From Bigelowiella natans CCMP2755 (Eukaryota; Protista; Cercozoa): a stretch of DNA of 64,000 nucleotides. This document shows, piece by piece, positions 11,817 through 25,912 of this stretch; position 1 is the stretch's first letter; the number at the start of each line of letters is the position of its first letter. Below the pieces are notes generated by a model. That model saw only the letters and a program-made list of their open reading frames with translations, ran no database searches and was not told where the DNA came from. The stretch spans positions 38,715-102,714 of the forward strand of contig ADNK01000067.1 of NCBI GenBank assembly GCA_000320545.1, given 5' to 3'. A program made the translations under genes and the position numbers.

Positions 11817-12565
11817 AGTGGAGAGACGATCTATCCTAACATCAGATGACACACGTCCCTTTACAACAGCGTAGTGAATGCAACTTGGCAGGCGCCAAGC
11901 ATGCAAGCTTCAAGCTCAACATCGCTGAAATCGTTCGAGTCCAGCCACTGTGGAGTACGTAGAGCGCATTTGCGTACCTTTGCAAATGCATTGCCACACC
12001 AAGTTATGATGTCGCAACATTTCACTATTCCGCATTTTATTTGATTAACGAACTTGCTTAGATGTGCAGTTTTTGAACACTCGCGCTGTTTTGAGTGATT
12101 TCAAGTCTTCATAGATGGTTTTATTTTCATTTTCATCGGCTGCTGCGCTACACCGCACTCGCCATGTACACATACATGTGTTACATCGGGTTTGTTGCGC
12201 GCAGGCGATGCATCGTGCAATCAATGACCGTGCTTTCGACACATGTGCTATGCACACGCTGGACAAGCGCATTCTGCATGGTCTAGACTACAGTAGATGG
12301 TGCTCGGAGTAGCCAATTAAGTATGCACTTACATGATTGAGGCGTAGCCAAACAACTGCTCAGGCGAGTGCAAATGCTAATCTAGTAATCTTGGTAATTG
12401 GTAGCAAATGATAGATATATCACTGGATCGCTTTTACTTCCATACATTCGAACAAGAGGCACGTATCGTACATCTGAAGACGTGCTTATATAAAACAGTA
12501 GAGCAGAGCGTGGTTGTTTTTCTATTTTTTCCCTCCGTTATTTTCTATCATCGCCCATCGAGTTA

Positions 12566-13325
12566 TTAGTCGGAGAAGGGTTTGTCCAGAGCTTCAAGTT
12601 TTTCAACAACGGGAGCAAGCAGGGCCATTCGCGTTGTCAGTGTTGCAGGGGCAGGAAGAGCAAAGAAGTCTTTGAGCCCTACCTCTGCGCGTGCATCACG
12701 GATCGCATGTCGCAATGCCATGAGAACGCTAGAGGCAAGGACAAGTGGGGGTTCTCCTGAGGCCTTACTACTCAATACACGGCCAACCTTGTTCCCTTGC
12801 AGCAGGTTCAAGTTCCACTCACGGGGGACGTTGATTGCAAGCGGGGGCTTGTACTCCCACGTCCCGTTGGAGATCAATTCTCCGGTGCCCTCATCGTAGA
12901 GCACCTCTTCTTGAATCATCATTCCCAAGCCCTGCATGAAGCCCCCCTCGGCCTGTCCGATGTCGATGGCGGGGTTCAGGCTTTTGGCGCAGTCGATGAT
13001 AAGATCCACTCGATCTACTACGATCTCGCCCGTCATCACATCGATCTCAACCTGCAGAGATATCAAATGCAACGAAACCGCAATGCTGCCTTAGCTGCAC
13101 TTACAAGCTGCTAAGCCTACAGAAATTCGAGGTAGTGGAACTGACTGATACGTTTCCCCCCCCCCTACTCTTCGTTCCATGGAGATGTTATCCAAGGAAA
13201 AAAGACATGCGTTGTATCCGGTTATTGATGATACCTCGGAGCATCCAACACCCCAGCAATTGTATGTTGCTTTATCGTTGTCCTTTGTATCCGACCAATG
13301 GCCAAGTGCCTGTCATTACCATTAG

Positions 13326-13370
<45 letters not shown>

Positions 13371-13765
13371 TACACGAATGCACCAATCAATCAGCAGGAG
13401 CCATCCAGTAGAAGGAAATATGTTGTAACTTTCATTAAAGAATAGGAGAGAAGAGGAGAGATTTCGAGCGCTGTTGCTTTACAGCAGCGCCTTCCCCCGA
13501 GATGCAATGCCGCATTGAAAAACATCGCCACTCCTCACCTGCATCATCATATTAGCCCCCTCCGCAGCGGCACAGACTTGACCAAATGAAATGGGCTTCC
13601 TATCATCATGCGTAGAGTCTTCTCCCCCCTTCGACTCCGATTTCGCTTTTTCCTCCAACCCGGCCAAGATAGGCCCCATCCTCTTCACCAATGCCTCACA
13701 AGCGCGGCGAGCAGCCTCACAAGCACCTGGGGCAGGTAGGAGATGAGTATGGTCAGTAAGCTAGA

Positions 13766-13797
<32 letters not shown>

Positions 13798-16095
13798 ATG
13801 GTGGTGGTAGTAATAATACCCTCAGTGCCAGTAGAACCACCGGTGAAGACTTGACTGGACAACATACGTGATTGGTACTGCGCGAATTTGATCTTGTCGA
13901 GAGAGAGGGGCTCTCCCGTTAGCTTGCCTAGCTCATGGGCTACGACTTGCGCGACCTTTACTTGGATTCCTTGTCCCATCGGCGTAGCGCCGTGCATCAC
14001 ACACACGGTGCCGTCGGTGTACAGATTCACGAGTGCGGAGCGTTTCCAAATGTTCACCTTTGAGGGCGATGATGTGATGATCATGGTGGTGAATAAGGAC
14101 GCTGCTGCTGCTGATGATGATGAGCGATAACGGGTGATGATGATGATAATGATTACTGATACTGATTAATGTTATCAACGATTGCATTAAAGATAAGCAC
14201 TATTGGAACAATAAGCAGTGAGAAGGAAATAAATTCCCGGTAGTCTACTTTTTTTGCAGAGAATATTAAGATCATATCGTCGTCAGCAGCATTTTAATCG
14301 AATATGTATATATCTCACTGCTATACCTAACTACTACTGCTGCAACTGTCTGTCAGCATGCCTAGCTGCACCTATTACCTTGTAGCGCATTGGCACCATA
14401 CAGATTCCCTTCTTCTTGAGCTTGTTGGTGCTGTTAAAGGCTTTGACCTTTTCACTACGTTTTTTGTAGTCGCAGGACGCCTCTAGCTCCTCCCAGCATT
14501 TCAGTGCCGTGTACTTGTCGAGCTCGGCGAAACCGCAGTCCTTCAGGATCTGTTGTTGTCGTTGAAGGAGAGACGTAAGGTATGGGCTCGGAGGCTGCGA
14601 TAGAGCAGCGCTAGCGACACTTATTACAACAAACGCTCATAAATCCATATTATACGTATTTTAGATACTGCGACAGGGCAATTGCGCCATTGTCCTTGTG
14701 TTGTTGTTGTTGTTGTTGTTGTTGTTTCTACTACCTTTTCATCATCCGGAAGCATATTAGTCTTGCGGACTTGATGAGGGTCGAGATTGAGCGCGTGGGC
14801 GACGTGCTCGATGATGGTTTCAATATGCACAGACGCCTGGATCTCGCCTGGCCCGCGCATCACCTGAGTTTGTGAACAAAGAAACAACACCACGAACAAG
14901 AAAAGGGTGATTATGCAAAGCAGAACACAGAATTCAATTTAAACCAACTAATTCTAAAGCATATCCGCTCGCAGCAATACCACTGTCTCTGTTTATGATT
15001 TATGGCTAATCGAGAAGCAATCGAATTCACATATTTAGAATTTGTTGTTCTTGCATTGTCGGGAGCGCGGACGCTACGCATTGTACACCGACATTGACAG
15101 GAGCTTCGTTGGTGAGACACATGCGCGCTGTGATCTCCCTATTAGGAAGATGATACGCCTGCGTGAGTGCACTCCCAACGGACATGTTTGTGAACCAGCC
15201 GAGGTTGGCAGAGGCACCGCTTGCAAGCATATGCTCGAAGCTGAGCGCTTTGATCTTGCCCTCTTTCCCAGAGGCGACCTGCATTGTGTACATATGCAAG
15301 TTCACCAGGACATGGAGGTAAGCAAGTTGTGTGACAATATCTATGCAAAGGTCATCCACTGTCTCTGCCATTATATTTCATCATCATCATCATCGTCATC
15401 ATCATCGTCATCATCATCATCGACCACCCCCATCCCCACCTTGTAACTAGCTTCGCAGTCTGGTCTCCCCCCTACAAGCTGCATGTCGCAGTTTCGATCC
15501 AGATGCACATACACGGGCGCGTTGAAGCGTGTTGCGGCAATGGCTGTGATCTGTGCGCCGTAGCCGATGTTCTTCCCTCCGAACGACCCTCCCATCCGAC
15601 CATGCACTATATTAATCATGCTCATAGGTTTCTTCACAGCTGCGGCAATGTTGGAATTCGCCCCTTGAGGCCACTGCGAAGAGACCACCACCCTGATGCC
15701 GCGTTCTTCGTCGGGGACGGCGTAGGCGAAGCACGGATCCATGTAGAAGTGTTTCTGCCTTCCAACTCTGGATTTTCCTTTCAGAACTACGCCCTTCCCT
15801 TCCTCATCGGCGAATACCTTCTTCGCGTCGCCCGCGTCGTTCTTGAACTCGGTTGGGAGGAAGGGGAGGCTCGGAATGATCTCTTTGCTTTCTACCGCCT
15901 TTGCAATGGAGAGAATAGCCTCCTTGCCGTCAGCCTGCTCTTCGTAGATCACGCGAACGAATCGGATGGCGTTCCGTGCTTGCTCCAGCGAGTCGGCGAT
16001 TAGCAGACCCACACATGCACCGCTGAGGTTAGTCGTAGTAGCAGTTGTTGTAGTAGTAGTAGTAGTAGTAGTAGTAGTAACCAAGCTCGCGTGAG

Positions 16096-16127
<32 letters not shown>

Positions 16128-19100
16128 TGTGTTTGCGAATAAGGAATATAAGATTTGCAGCCGTAATCCCCCCCACCCCCTCATCTTTACCATTACCATC
16201 TCCTTAATAATAAATAATAATAATAATCACAATAAGAAATCAAATCATGGTGGTCATGATACCTGTAAGGCACCTCCTCGCCCTTACCGAGGACAGTCGT
16301 GGGCTTGTAATAGCACGTAAGCTTATCTCCAAGATCATAGGGTTCGCCAGTAACGGACCAGGTGTTGTCGCCTACCTCTGCTTTGGCAACGTGCCTACAG
16401 TTGGGGAGGAGAAGAGTACAAAGATCATTATTCTCTAATGAATCTACTGCTTCGACTTTAGACACACCATGCATGCATACACGCGACAAAAGCAACATCT
16501 CCAACTGATAAATAAATAAATAGATGGATAAGCAGTTAATAGATAGCTACCCCCTGACTCCAGGCTGCTTCAGAGCCACAGAGAAGTCGACGTCTTTGAT
16601 CACAGCTCGAGCTCGACGTGCGTAGGCAATGGCTCCGAACAGGGTACCGCCCACAGGAGTCGTGTCTGAGTTGAACCTGACAGTTTTCACCAAAATCACC
16701 CATCATGATCATCATCATCATCATTACCACCACCACCATTCACCACCACCACTAGCATTTCGGGTGGTCATCATTTCATGGCGAATTTCGGTCCATCGTC
16801 CACGCAGGGGTACCAACTTTGCGCTGCCTGAGGAGAGAAGTTTCCCGCTGAGGAGGGGGATTGGAAGAGAGACGGGAGCGTGCTCCTCACTGAAGCCGAA
16901 TGACTGTTTGGCGCAGGATACTCTCAATCGCTTTGCATCGATAGTCTCTGCAGCGGACGCGACTGTTTTGTCGCTTTTCGAGGAGAACCCCAAACAGAAT
17001 CTCACGAAAAAACTATCGGCCAATGCCACGCGCGAAGACGCACGGAGGCCTCCTGACAATGGATCGAGATGGTATGTTAGATGATGATAAGTGGGTTCAT
17101 CATAAGAGTTGCAAATAATAACAGTGATAAGACTTAGACTGATGGCGCGTAAAATAATAGTAATAATTTCTAGACTGATGGCGGCAAAGCCGAGCGTGCA
17201 TGCGCTTCTTTTCCTACCAGCTTTCTTGACCATTTGCTCCACAGCCTCTCGGAGGGCCTTGCGCGCCTTGCGATATACGCTATTGGTCAACTTCTTCCCT
17301 TCCATGATCTTCTCCACCCCCCCCATCCTGATAGCGTGAGAGCCAGCATCCTCATGCGACATCAGTCCCCCGTACGCTATAGTAACTCCTTTCACCACAC
17401 CGTCGCTCCCGCACGAAGCCTTGAAGGCGGCGTTGACGATAGCATGCGCATTCACGGGGCGAATTGCCGCACGGTAGGTCTTGAACACGGCACCAGCCCC
17501 CGCGTGGAAGGGAATGAAAATGGATTCGAGAAGCGTCATGTCTACGGGCAGCTTGGGAGTAGCGAGGAACTCCTCCATCGTCTCCTTCTTGTCGGTTTTC
17601 CCCGCCCATTTTACGATTGCACCAGCTCCGAGAAGGATCGTTGCTAGGTCGGAGAGAAACCTGTGGTGACGGCGTCACCAGTAATGGAGGCCAGGGCGCG
17701 ATATTAGTTGGGTTTCGTTTGTGCGTGCATTAAAGGATGATAGTCATGTATTACTCTACGCTAGATATTCACCCCCCCCCCTCCTCCTCCTCTTCCTTCT
17801 TCTTCTTCTCCTCATTCTCTACATCTGCTACAATCATCCTTTGGTTTTTGCGACAACAACAACAACAACAACTACTACTACTACTACTATCACTACCCTT
17901 TGGTCTTCGCGAGCATGATATTTCCTGCAATACTGCCAGAGTCCCGCACGTGCACATTTGCCACCTTAAAATCACATCACCACCATCATCATTATCATTA
18001 TCGTCCAGGACATTTACCATTATGGCCGGTGACGTAGTACTACTATTTAATACTGCTAGTAAGAGCACACTCGTGGGACAAATACGCTCTCCTTCACAGT
18101 CGCATTTCGTTTTATTGAGAGTGAACAATGCCGTACCTTCTTCATGTGTGCTACAAGCGGTGCAAACGACACGCTCGCGCTGGTGATATCGAAGCCATAT
18201 ACGAATGAGCGCAATGATTTTAAGCGACGATGAAGATATTTCGCGGGCGACGATAGAAAGAGCTAATATGCTGCTTCACAGATAAATGAGGGAACGAATT
18301 TGTTGCTTTCTTTACCTTTTATTTGCGGTGAGGGCATTCATAACGTGTGAGATCTTGGATGCTGCTCCGACAACAATGCCATCGCCAACCACTGCATCGT
18401 GCACATTACAAGTTCAGCACAACCAAACGCAAGTAATCAAAAAATAAAATAGAAAAAATCACACCTTTGACGCCGTTGATTTCAGGAATATCCGAGATAT
18501 CAATGAATCTTTTACCAACATTACAGAATAAAACAACCAGTTGAATTAGCCACATAAATGAGTAGTAAAATCATGTACTTCCCAATCGATTTTCTCAGGG
18601 AATGCATTAGGTTTCTGCTGTCGTCTCATTCGATCCCTCCCTCCCTTAGCTCCATCAATTAAACTACTACCTACACTCTCTGCCATCGAGTTTCTTCGCT
18701 CTATTGCTCCCTATTTCTAAGCCCTCTCATGGCCCTACGACTCCCTGACAGTTGCTTTTCATCTATGGCCTCCCTCCCTCCCTCCTCCCCTCCCTGTAAC
18801 AAGTGAATAAAACTAGACGCACGTTTTGTACTCCTTTGACTCGAGGTGCCAATGATGCGTTCTCTTCAGCCCCTTCTCTTCGGAGGAATCAGAAACGAAT
18901 GCGGGCTTGTAGATGCCGTAGCTTGTTTTCCCTGATAGTCGTAACAAATCCCACGCATACGACGCAAAGAGCACACCATGTTGTTATTACAAACTCAGGT
19001 ACACAGCAACGAGGTATGGAGGAGGACTTCTCCCCTTCCTGATGAGATTGTGTTACATACGCACAGAACCGCCAACACGTTATGTTCGATATGGGGAAGG

Positions 19101-20957
19101 AGGGGGGCGGGAGAGAGTACCAACGGTAAGGCGAGCGTCTGGATATGCGGCCATAGCCTTTGCAAGCGCATCCATACTGCTCGCAGGTTTCACCCTGAGG
19201 AGGATTCAGGGAAGGAGAAGATATATATCGTCATCGTTTATTTGCAAATTGTGAACCCTCCTTTTTTCTTCCCTGTCCAAGCGCCTTCTTTGCTTATCCA
19301 CCGCCACCATCCGTGAATGCCGAACTACGTACACCTCTGCACTGCTCTACTAGTACTAGTACTAGTCTCTACTAGTTCTAGTACTAGTACTATTGCTACC
19401 AGGTGATTCCGTTTTTACTGAAGGCGATACTTTGCTTACTCTCGAAGCCTTTTAGCTCCTCCGGAAACTTTTGATCCCACTTTTCCATATCGTAGCACCC
19501 TTTCGTGTAGCTCTGCATTCCAATAAATGCATAAATAAATGCATATGATGTTGTTGTGTAAACGGGCCGCGCAATGGGCAGTGCGGAATTAAGGGGGGAA
19601 AAAAATGATTGGCCCATTTGAGAATCATATTGAATGGAATGGCTTTTTAATGACTGTTTGCCAGTGAGACAAGGCTAGCGCGACACTGATAGTGGCGTGG
19701 TTACGAATAACCTTTTTGCAGATGTGGTCAACGGTGTCTGAGTCTTTCGCGAATGACTTAGCAGTGTCAAGAATCGGACGGTATCCTGATGATGAAATGA
19801 TGTGACGATTGATAGTAATGGTGTGATAGCAAGATTTAACTTTGATGATGATAATCAACGACAAGGACGATGGAGCAGTATAATAAATTGTAGGATGAAA
19901 ACATCCACGTAGGGCTAGAAATACTTGCGATGGCAAAGCGCGTCGCGTGTATGGTAAACATTTCCAATTCCGCTTATCTACCTGTGCAACGACAGATATT
20001 GCCATCCAACTGCGATTCCATGTATGCCATATCAGCACTCGGATTCTTCTTGAGCGCCTGGTACATCGTCATGACCATGCCGGGGGAACAAAATCCACAC
20101 TGGAGTCCATTCATCTACGGAAAGTATGATATTATTAGATACTTCTGTTGTCCTCATATGCATGGCTGTCATTACCTGAGCTAGGCGTTTTTGGATAGGA
20201 TGGAAGGTATCACCCTCTGGTGTGTCAGCTGTACGGTTTTTGAGAGCTTTTGTTCGAAGCCCCTCGACAGTTGTGATAGCCCAGCCGTGAGCGGAAGCTA
20301 AAGGGGCCAGGCACGAGTTCACTGACTTGAACTCCTCCTTTTAGATTGTGTTATAGTTGGATTCATAATAGTCACATGTGCGCTTTTTTAAAGAAAAGGC
20401 AGGTTTGGTTTCAGAAGTAAGGAGCTGCGTGCGTTCCTTGGTCAAAACATCGGGATAATAAGAACCCGTTTATTTCAAATGGTAATATCTCAGAGTCACC
20501 TTTCCATTAACCCAGCGAGAGAGAGTCATAGCGCATGCCCCGCATCCGCCTTCGCCGCAACCGTACTGTGAAGATATATCAATGATTCCTAGTGCAGAAT
20601 AAACTATGCATTCTTTCCCTCAAGTAAATAGTGAAACATTGACTTTTTTTCGATGGGATGGGAGGGCTTAGTTGAAGATCATACTTTGGTTCCTTTTAGC
20701 CCAGCAACGTCACGAACATAAGACTGGAGGCTCATAGTGGGGTCCACCTGTCATCATGTGCTACAGCATAAGTACAAGAGCAAACATTGATGGGTGTGTT
20801 CCAACGTACCTCTCCACTCGACAAAGTTTTCATCTGCCCATTGAGAGCAAAAACGAGTTCTCCTGCGGTATATATTCACATTCAACCTCAAATTGTTCGA
20901 GAAATGATTTCTTCCCCGTCCCGTCCCCGATCGAGTAGATCCACCTTTTGAAACCAT
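12566..20957 (-). CDS. Aldehyde oxidase (xanthine oxidase family molybdo-flavoenzyme), plant-AO type, more than 15 exons
   Basis: MVSKG|ELVFALNG, GLKGTK|YGCGEGGCGAC, VNSCLAPL, HPIQKRLA, QCGFCSPG, FDGNICRCTGYRPILD (2Fe-2S); FKTYRAAIRPVNAHAIVNAAF (FAD); QKHFYM, RMGGSFGGK, MRGPGEIQA, MGQGIQVKVAQ, TGGSTG, SLNPAIDIGQAEGGFMQGLG, SSKASGEPPLVLA (Moco, catalytic Glu). Confidence 0.93.
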
Positions 20958-21541
20958 GGTGCGCTGCCTTTTGATTTTTTCTTGTGCACGCGTGTCCGCA
21001 TTTTCCTGGAATTTCTTTCTTTTTAGCCCTAGAAAACAAACGAGCGACAAAAAAAAAGTGCTGTCGTTTCCAAAGATTTGGATTGACTGCAAACTGCGAG
21101 CACCCACTTGATTTAAAATAATTTTTCGTCAATTGGAAACCACATGCATTTTCGTTATAAATTTGCAAAAATCTCTTATTTTCCTGACCTCAAGAGCCAT
21201 TGCGGTGGCCCGAACAACTCGCATGTAATAATTATGTACTCCAAGAATTATTGTTGTCGCACTGTTGTAATTCTATGCAATTTTCGCCAACTTTTATCCT
21301 GTGATTTTACTGATCTGAATTCGGTGGTATGTGCTCCAGCGCCCACCGAGCAGAACCGATCAGATCAGATCACATTGCCAGATAGATAGGGGTGGGGAAG
21401 AGCCGATGATTCGCATTTTTCCATCTGGAGCCGTGCCATATTTTTTGATTCGTACTGCAGTCAGAAAAGGCGAAGAGTTTTTTACCTTGCAACTTCTGGA
21501 GCTGGTTTGCGCTGCAAATGCTCCGTTGACATAATCCCCAC

Positions 21542-23059
21542 ATGCCGACCACAGTACGCCTGCAACGAACAGCCCCTTTCACAACGCTTTCGAAATGGGG
21601 GGCTCGATACACCTTGTGGCTTACAGTTTGTATCGGGCTATTATGGCAGCATTTTCTCCCACCCACAACCGACATTCGCAGGAAGTTTGCACGCAGCTGC
21701 CTCTCTCCCCGACCCATCTTTCGTAACAGAAGGTTCCTAAAGCTATTTATAACGCTTACAGAAAGAATACATTGCCATATCTTCGTCTGGTTGGGTTATT
21801 CATATGACAATACTGTGCAGTAGCACTGAAGCCCTGCAACAGCGACTCGATTATCGTATGAAGGCCTTGTTTTTATCCCCCCCCCCTAAGGTATGAAGGA
21901 CCATTTTTTGCTTGTAGCCCAAAAATTGGAACATTGCGGAGTCTCTCTAGGCTATGGAGAATAAGAGGCGGAAGGTACTGCCACTGTCACGCACTTTTAA
22001 GTAGTAATGCATGCTGCGAGTTTTTGTGCGTTTTTGTATGCGCGCGCGTGTGTGTGTGTGTGTGTGGATGTATGTATTACATTACACTTAGATCTTCAAT
22101 ATCGCACTGATGATATAAACATTTGTCAGCAACACAGCAGTTATGCATAATGATGCTGGCGATCATAAGGTTGTTCACATTTTCAAAGCACTGTGATAGA
22201 AGGGAGCGGAACTCTCACATTCAGTAGTTTGATAAAACACGAAGCTGGCATAGAAGTGGGAACAATAAGAATGAGTGAATCAGCACAGCACATACCAAAA
22301 TCATACTTTGTAAAAGCCACACCATCAACATGAAAGTGGCACACGATATAGATATAGATATAAATATATATATATTTAATATCCTCGCTGCAGCAAAAAC
22401 AAATTACTACTCGATCTCTTCTTGCTCTTCTCCCTCTGCGTCCTTTACAATACTAACTCAAGCTCTCCCCCCCTCCCCCCCCCCCCTTTAGGAGGACCCT
22501 ATGATAAATTGCAATTCAAGCTCGAGCATTCGCAATAACAACAGCGGGGGATACATCCCTGCGGATTCTTCATCTTGGATGACTCCGAATACGATCGATG
22601 CTGAAGAGATTGAGCAGCAGATTGAGCAGCAAGCCTGGGCCATCATCGATAGCATTGATGCGCCCGGAGGGGGTTTCGATTACATTGAAAATTGCGAGGA
22701 CGGCAAGATAGCCAACGGCAGCGCTGCAGCAGGAAGAGAGGTTCAGTTGTTTTATACCCGCCATTCGTATGAATGCAGCGATAATTTGACGTATGTAACT
22801 GTAAGTTTTATGCGTGTTTTTATGTAACGAAATTCTGTTTTTATTGGCAGCATGATGCAGCAACGTTACTACCCGGAAGCTACCTCTTTGATGGTCAAAA
22901 TGATAATGAATATCATCACGAGGTTGGGCATGGCGATGCAGATAATGGAGGAGTCGCTTCTTCAAACCTATCCGTTACGTCACTGCCTGCATTCGACCGA
23001 AGAGTGCCTGTAACCGTCGTTAGCGGCTTCCTTGGATCTGGTAATAAGCTCCAAAATGG

Positions 23060-23093
<34 letters not shown>

Positions 23094-23434
23094 ACTGATG
23101 GCGATGATGACAAAACAGAGGACAAAACAGCAGCGTAATATTTGCATATATCCAGGTAAAACAACGCTGATGCGGAATCTATGTCTGGAGTTATCAGCGA
23201 AGCGAAAGCTACGCGTGGGCATTATCGTCAACGATGTCGGTCCATTCAATATGGACGCGCACATCCTAGGGCATGCATCCCGCCAGATCACGCAGCAGCC
23301 GACATTGACAAGGATTCAGCCGAAGCTTGTTGAGGTAAAGCAAGGGTGTGGTGTCTCAGTGTACGTGCACCTCGCAGTGAAAACTCCTGATGGTTGGGTG
23401 GTGGTGGGGAGCGTGGGTGGGGCGTTGAGAATAA

Positions 23435-23471
<37 letters not shown>

Positions 23472-23656
23472 AATTATGATTATTATGACTATGATGAATC
23501 AAATATGGAATCGTTGTAGTTCTCGAATGGATGCATCTGCTGTACGCTGAGGGAGGATTTGCTTGTAGAGCTGAAAAGGTAGTCGATAGTTGCGTTGCCG
23601 TCGGTGATAGCCACGATTCATTTCAAGGGGAATGGATAAGTCATACCGTCTCTCTC

Positions 23657-23695
<39 letters not shown>

Positions 23696-23840
23696 CTCTG
23701 AATATGAAACGTATGATAAAGAATTCCTTCGTACATCTCATCCTCCTCAGGATGGGAGCTTCAGGGCAGTTTGACTATATATTGGTCGAGTCATCAGGTA
23801 CTTATCTACATTGTTTTCACTCTCCTCCTCCTCCTCCTCC

Positions 23841-23872
<32 letters not shown>

Positions 23873-25477
23873 TTAAGATCCTCATCATATTCAAATACAG
23901 ATCAATATACGAATAGCTACTAACTAATAAGAACAAGCACATCAGCACCACTCACCATCACCATCGATTGGCAAATCATCATCAGGAGTCTCCGAGCCAA
24001 TGCCCGTCGCGGAGACCTTCACCTTCCAGGATGTGCCCCTGTCGTCGCAAAATGACGACGAAGGCACCATCGAAGCAGCAACTACAGAAGAACAACGGGT
24101 AGTAGTATCGCTGCATTATGATCTCTCGTGCATGTTACACAATCACTGAACAGTCTAAGAGAAGAGAGTCATGGAGAATAAAGGGAGGGGGAGGGGGGCG
24201 GGGAGGAGTGAAATGGCCAAAATAGTCTTCTTTCCATTCCTTCATTCCTTGCTCCTCTTCACACTGCAACCCTGGGAAGGTTCCCCTCCTCACTACATTT
24301 CTCCACTTTGCAGAGGATGATGAATCTTTCCAGCTTCGTTCGTCTAGACACCCTTGTTACTGTCGTGGACGCGGAAACCTTCCACAAGTACCAAATCATT
24401 GCGCAATAGGAGAATAGAATGCTTTGCCAGAGCAGGATTATCATCGGCCTCCTCATCATCTACCACAACAACGGCAGCGTGGACAAACAATTTAATAACG
24501 TTACTACTGCTACTATTATAAAAAGTATCACTGTCTTTGATAGTGCGGTGACGTCATCATCATCATCATCAGCATCATCATCGTCATCATCATCGTCATC
24601 ATCACTACTATGTAGGTACCTACCAAACCATCATCGTCATCATCAGCATCATCAGCGGCATTGCCTCAAGAAGCGCAACACCACGACGATACAACACAAC
24701 AGCACTGATCAACTCCTCTATGACAGACTAGAGTCTACGATGATCCCCCCCCCCCCCTCTCCTCGAAAAGACGCTGAATTCCGTCGCCACCAAGCAGCAC
24801 CAAGGCATGATGACGACGATTACAATAATGGCTACCGAAACCCTCCTCCTTCCAAACGACGGTAGGGATGATAGTGATAATAATGACTTTTAGATTGTAC
24901 ATGGACACGCGCCAACGTTTGAGTATTCCAGTCGGCTCATCCTCCTTTTCCATATTTTTCCTTGCTCCTTTGCGCTGGCCCCAATGCCCTCCTCTTCGTC
25001 AGGAAAAGGGAGGCAGAAAGAGAAGAAGGAGAAGCACATATCCGGGCAAAAACCCTTGGAATCAGCGAAGAAAAGCCCTCTTCTTTTTATCAGTTCTCCG
25101 CGACAAACGAGAGAAATAGCAGCAGCGACGGGAGGGCAATGCCACTGGACAAGCTAATAGTCCAACAGATTGAATTCGCGGATAAAATTCTCGTAAACAA
25201 GGTGCGTCAGTAAATGCTTTCAATATAGATATTGTAATAGTAGTCGTGGTGGTGGTGGTGGTGGTGGTGGTACTAGTAGTGGGAAAAGCAGAAGCGACTG
25301 CAGCGGCGGGTTAGCGTGCAAAAGAACCAAATCAAAGATGTACCACCTCTACTACCATCAGATCGATCGCGTAAACTCGACGGTATTGTCGCAGATATGT
25401 AACCAAGTCAGGGCTCTTAACCCTTCAGCCGATATCCACACGATACAACACGCTCAGGTACAAATAACAACAATATG

Positions 25478-25518
<41 letters not shown>

Positions 25519-25874
25519 TATTCAACAACTTTCTCTCCTCCTCCCCCTCTCCCTTCCCTTTCCTTCCTCCTTAGATCGATCCCTGTGCCGTCTTAAATAC
25601 CAGCGCATTTTCCTTCGATAAGGCCCTCACGTAAGCGCAGTTGTCACAATCGGGGCCTTGCTCATATTAGTGAGCTCTGTATTGCTATTGATGGATGCTG
25701 CTATTATTAGATACGGTGCTTGGCTCAGCACTCCTCGGAACGCTACGGTCATTGTGTGTGTGTGGGGGGGGGGGGGGGGGGGGATAGAAGGGACTGCGTG
25801 AATGTTAGTTGAGACTGGCTATAAGAGTATTTAGGACAAAGTTGCCTTTCGTCGTACGCAGACACACACACACG

Positions 25875-25912
<38 letters not shown>

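Noticed and set aside
19349-19392. (TAGTAC)n palindromic run
   Set aside because: A short degenerate microsatellite inside an aldehyde oxidase intron; no evidence of function.
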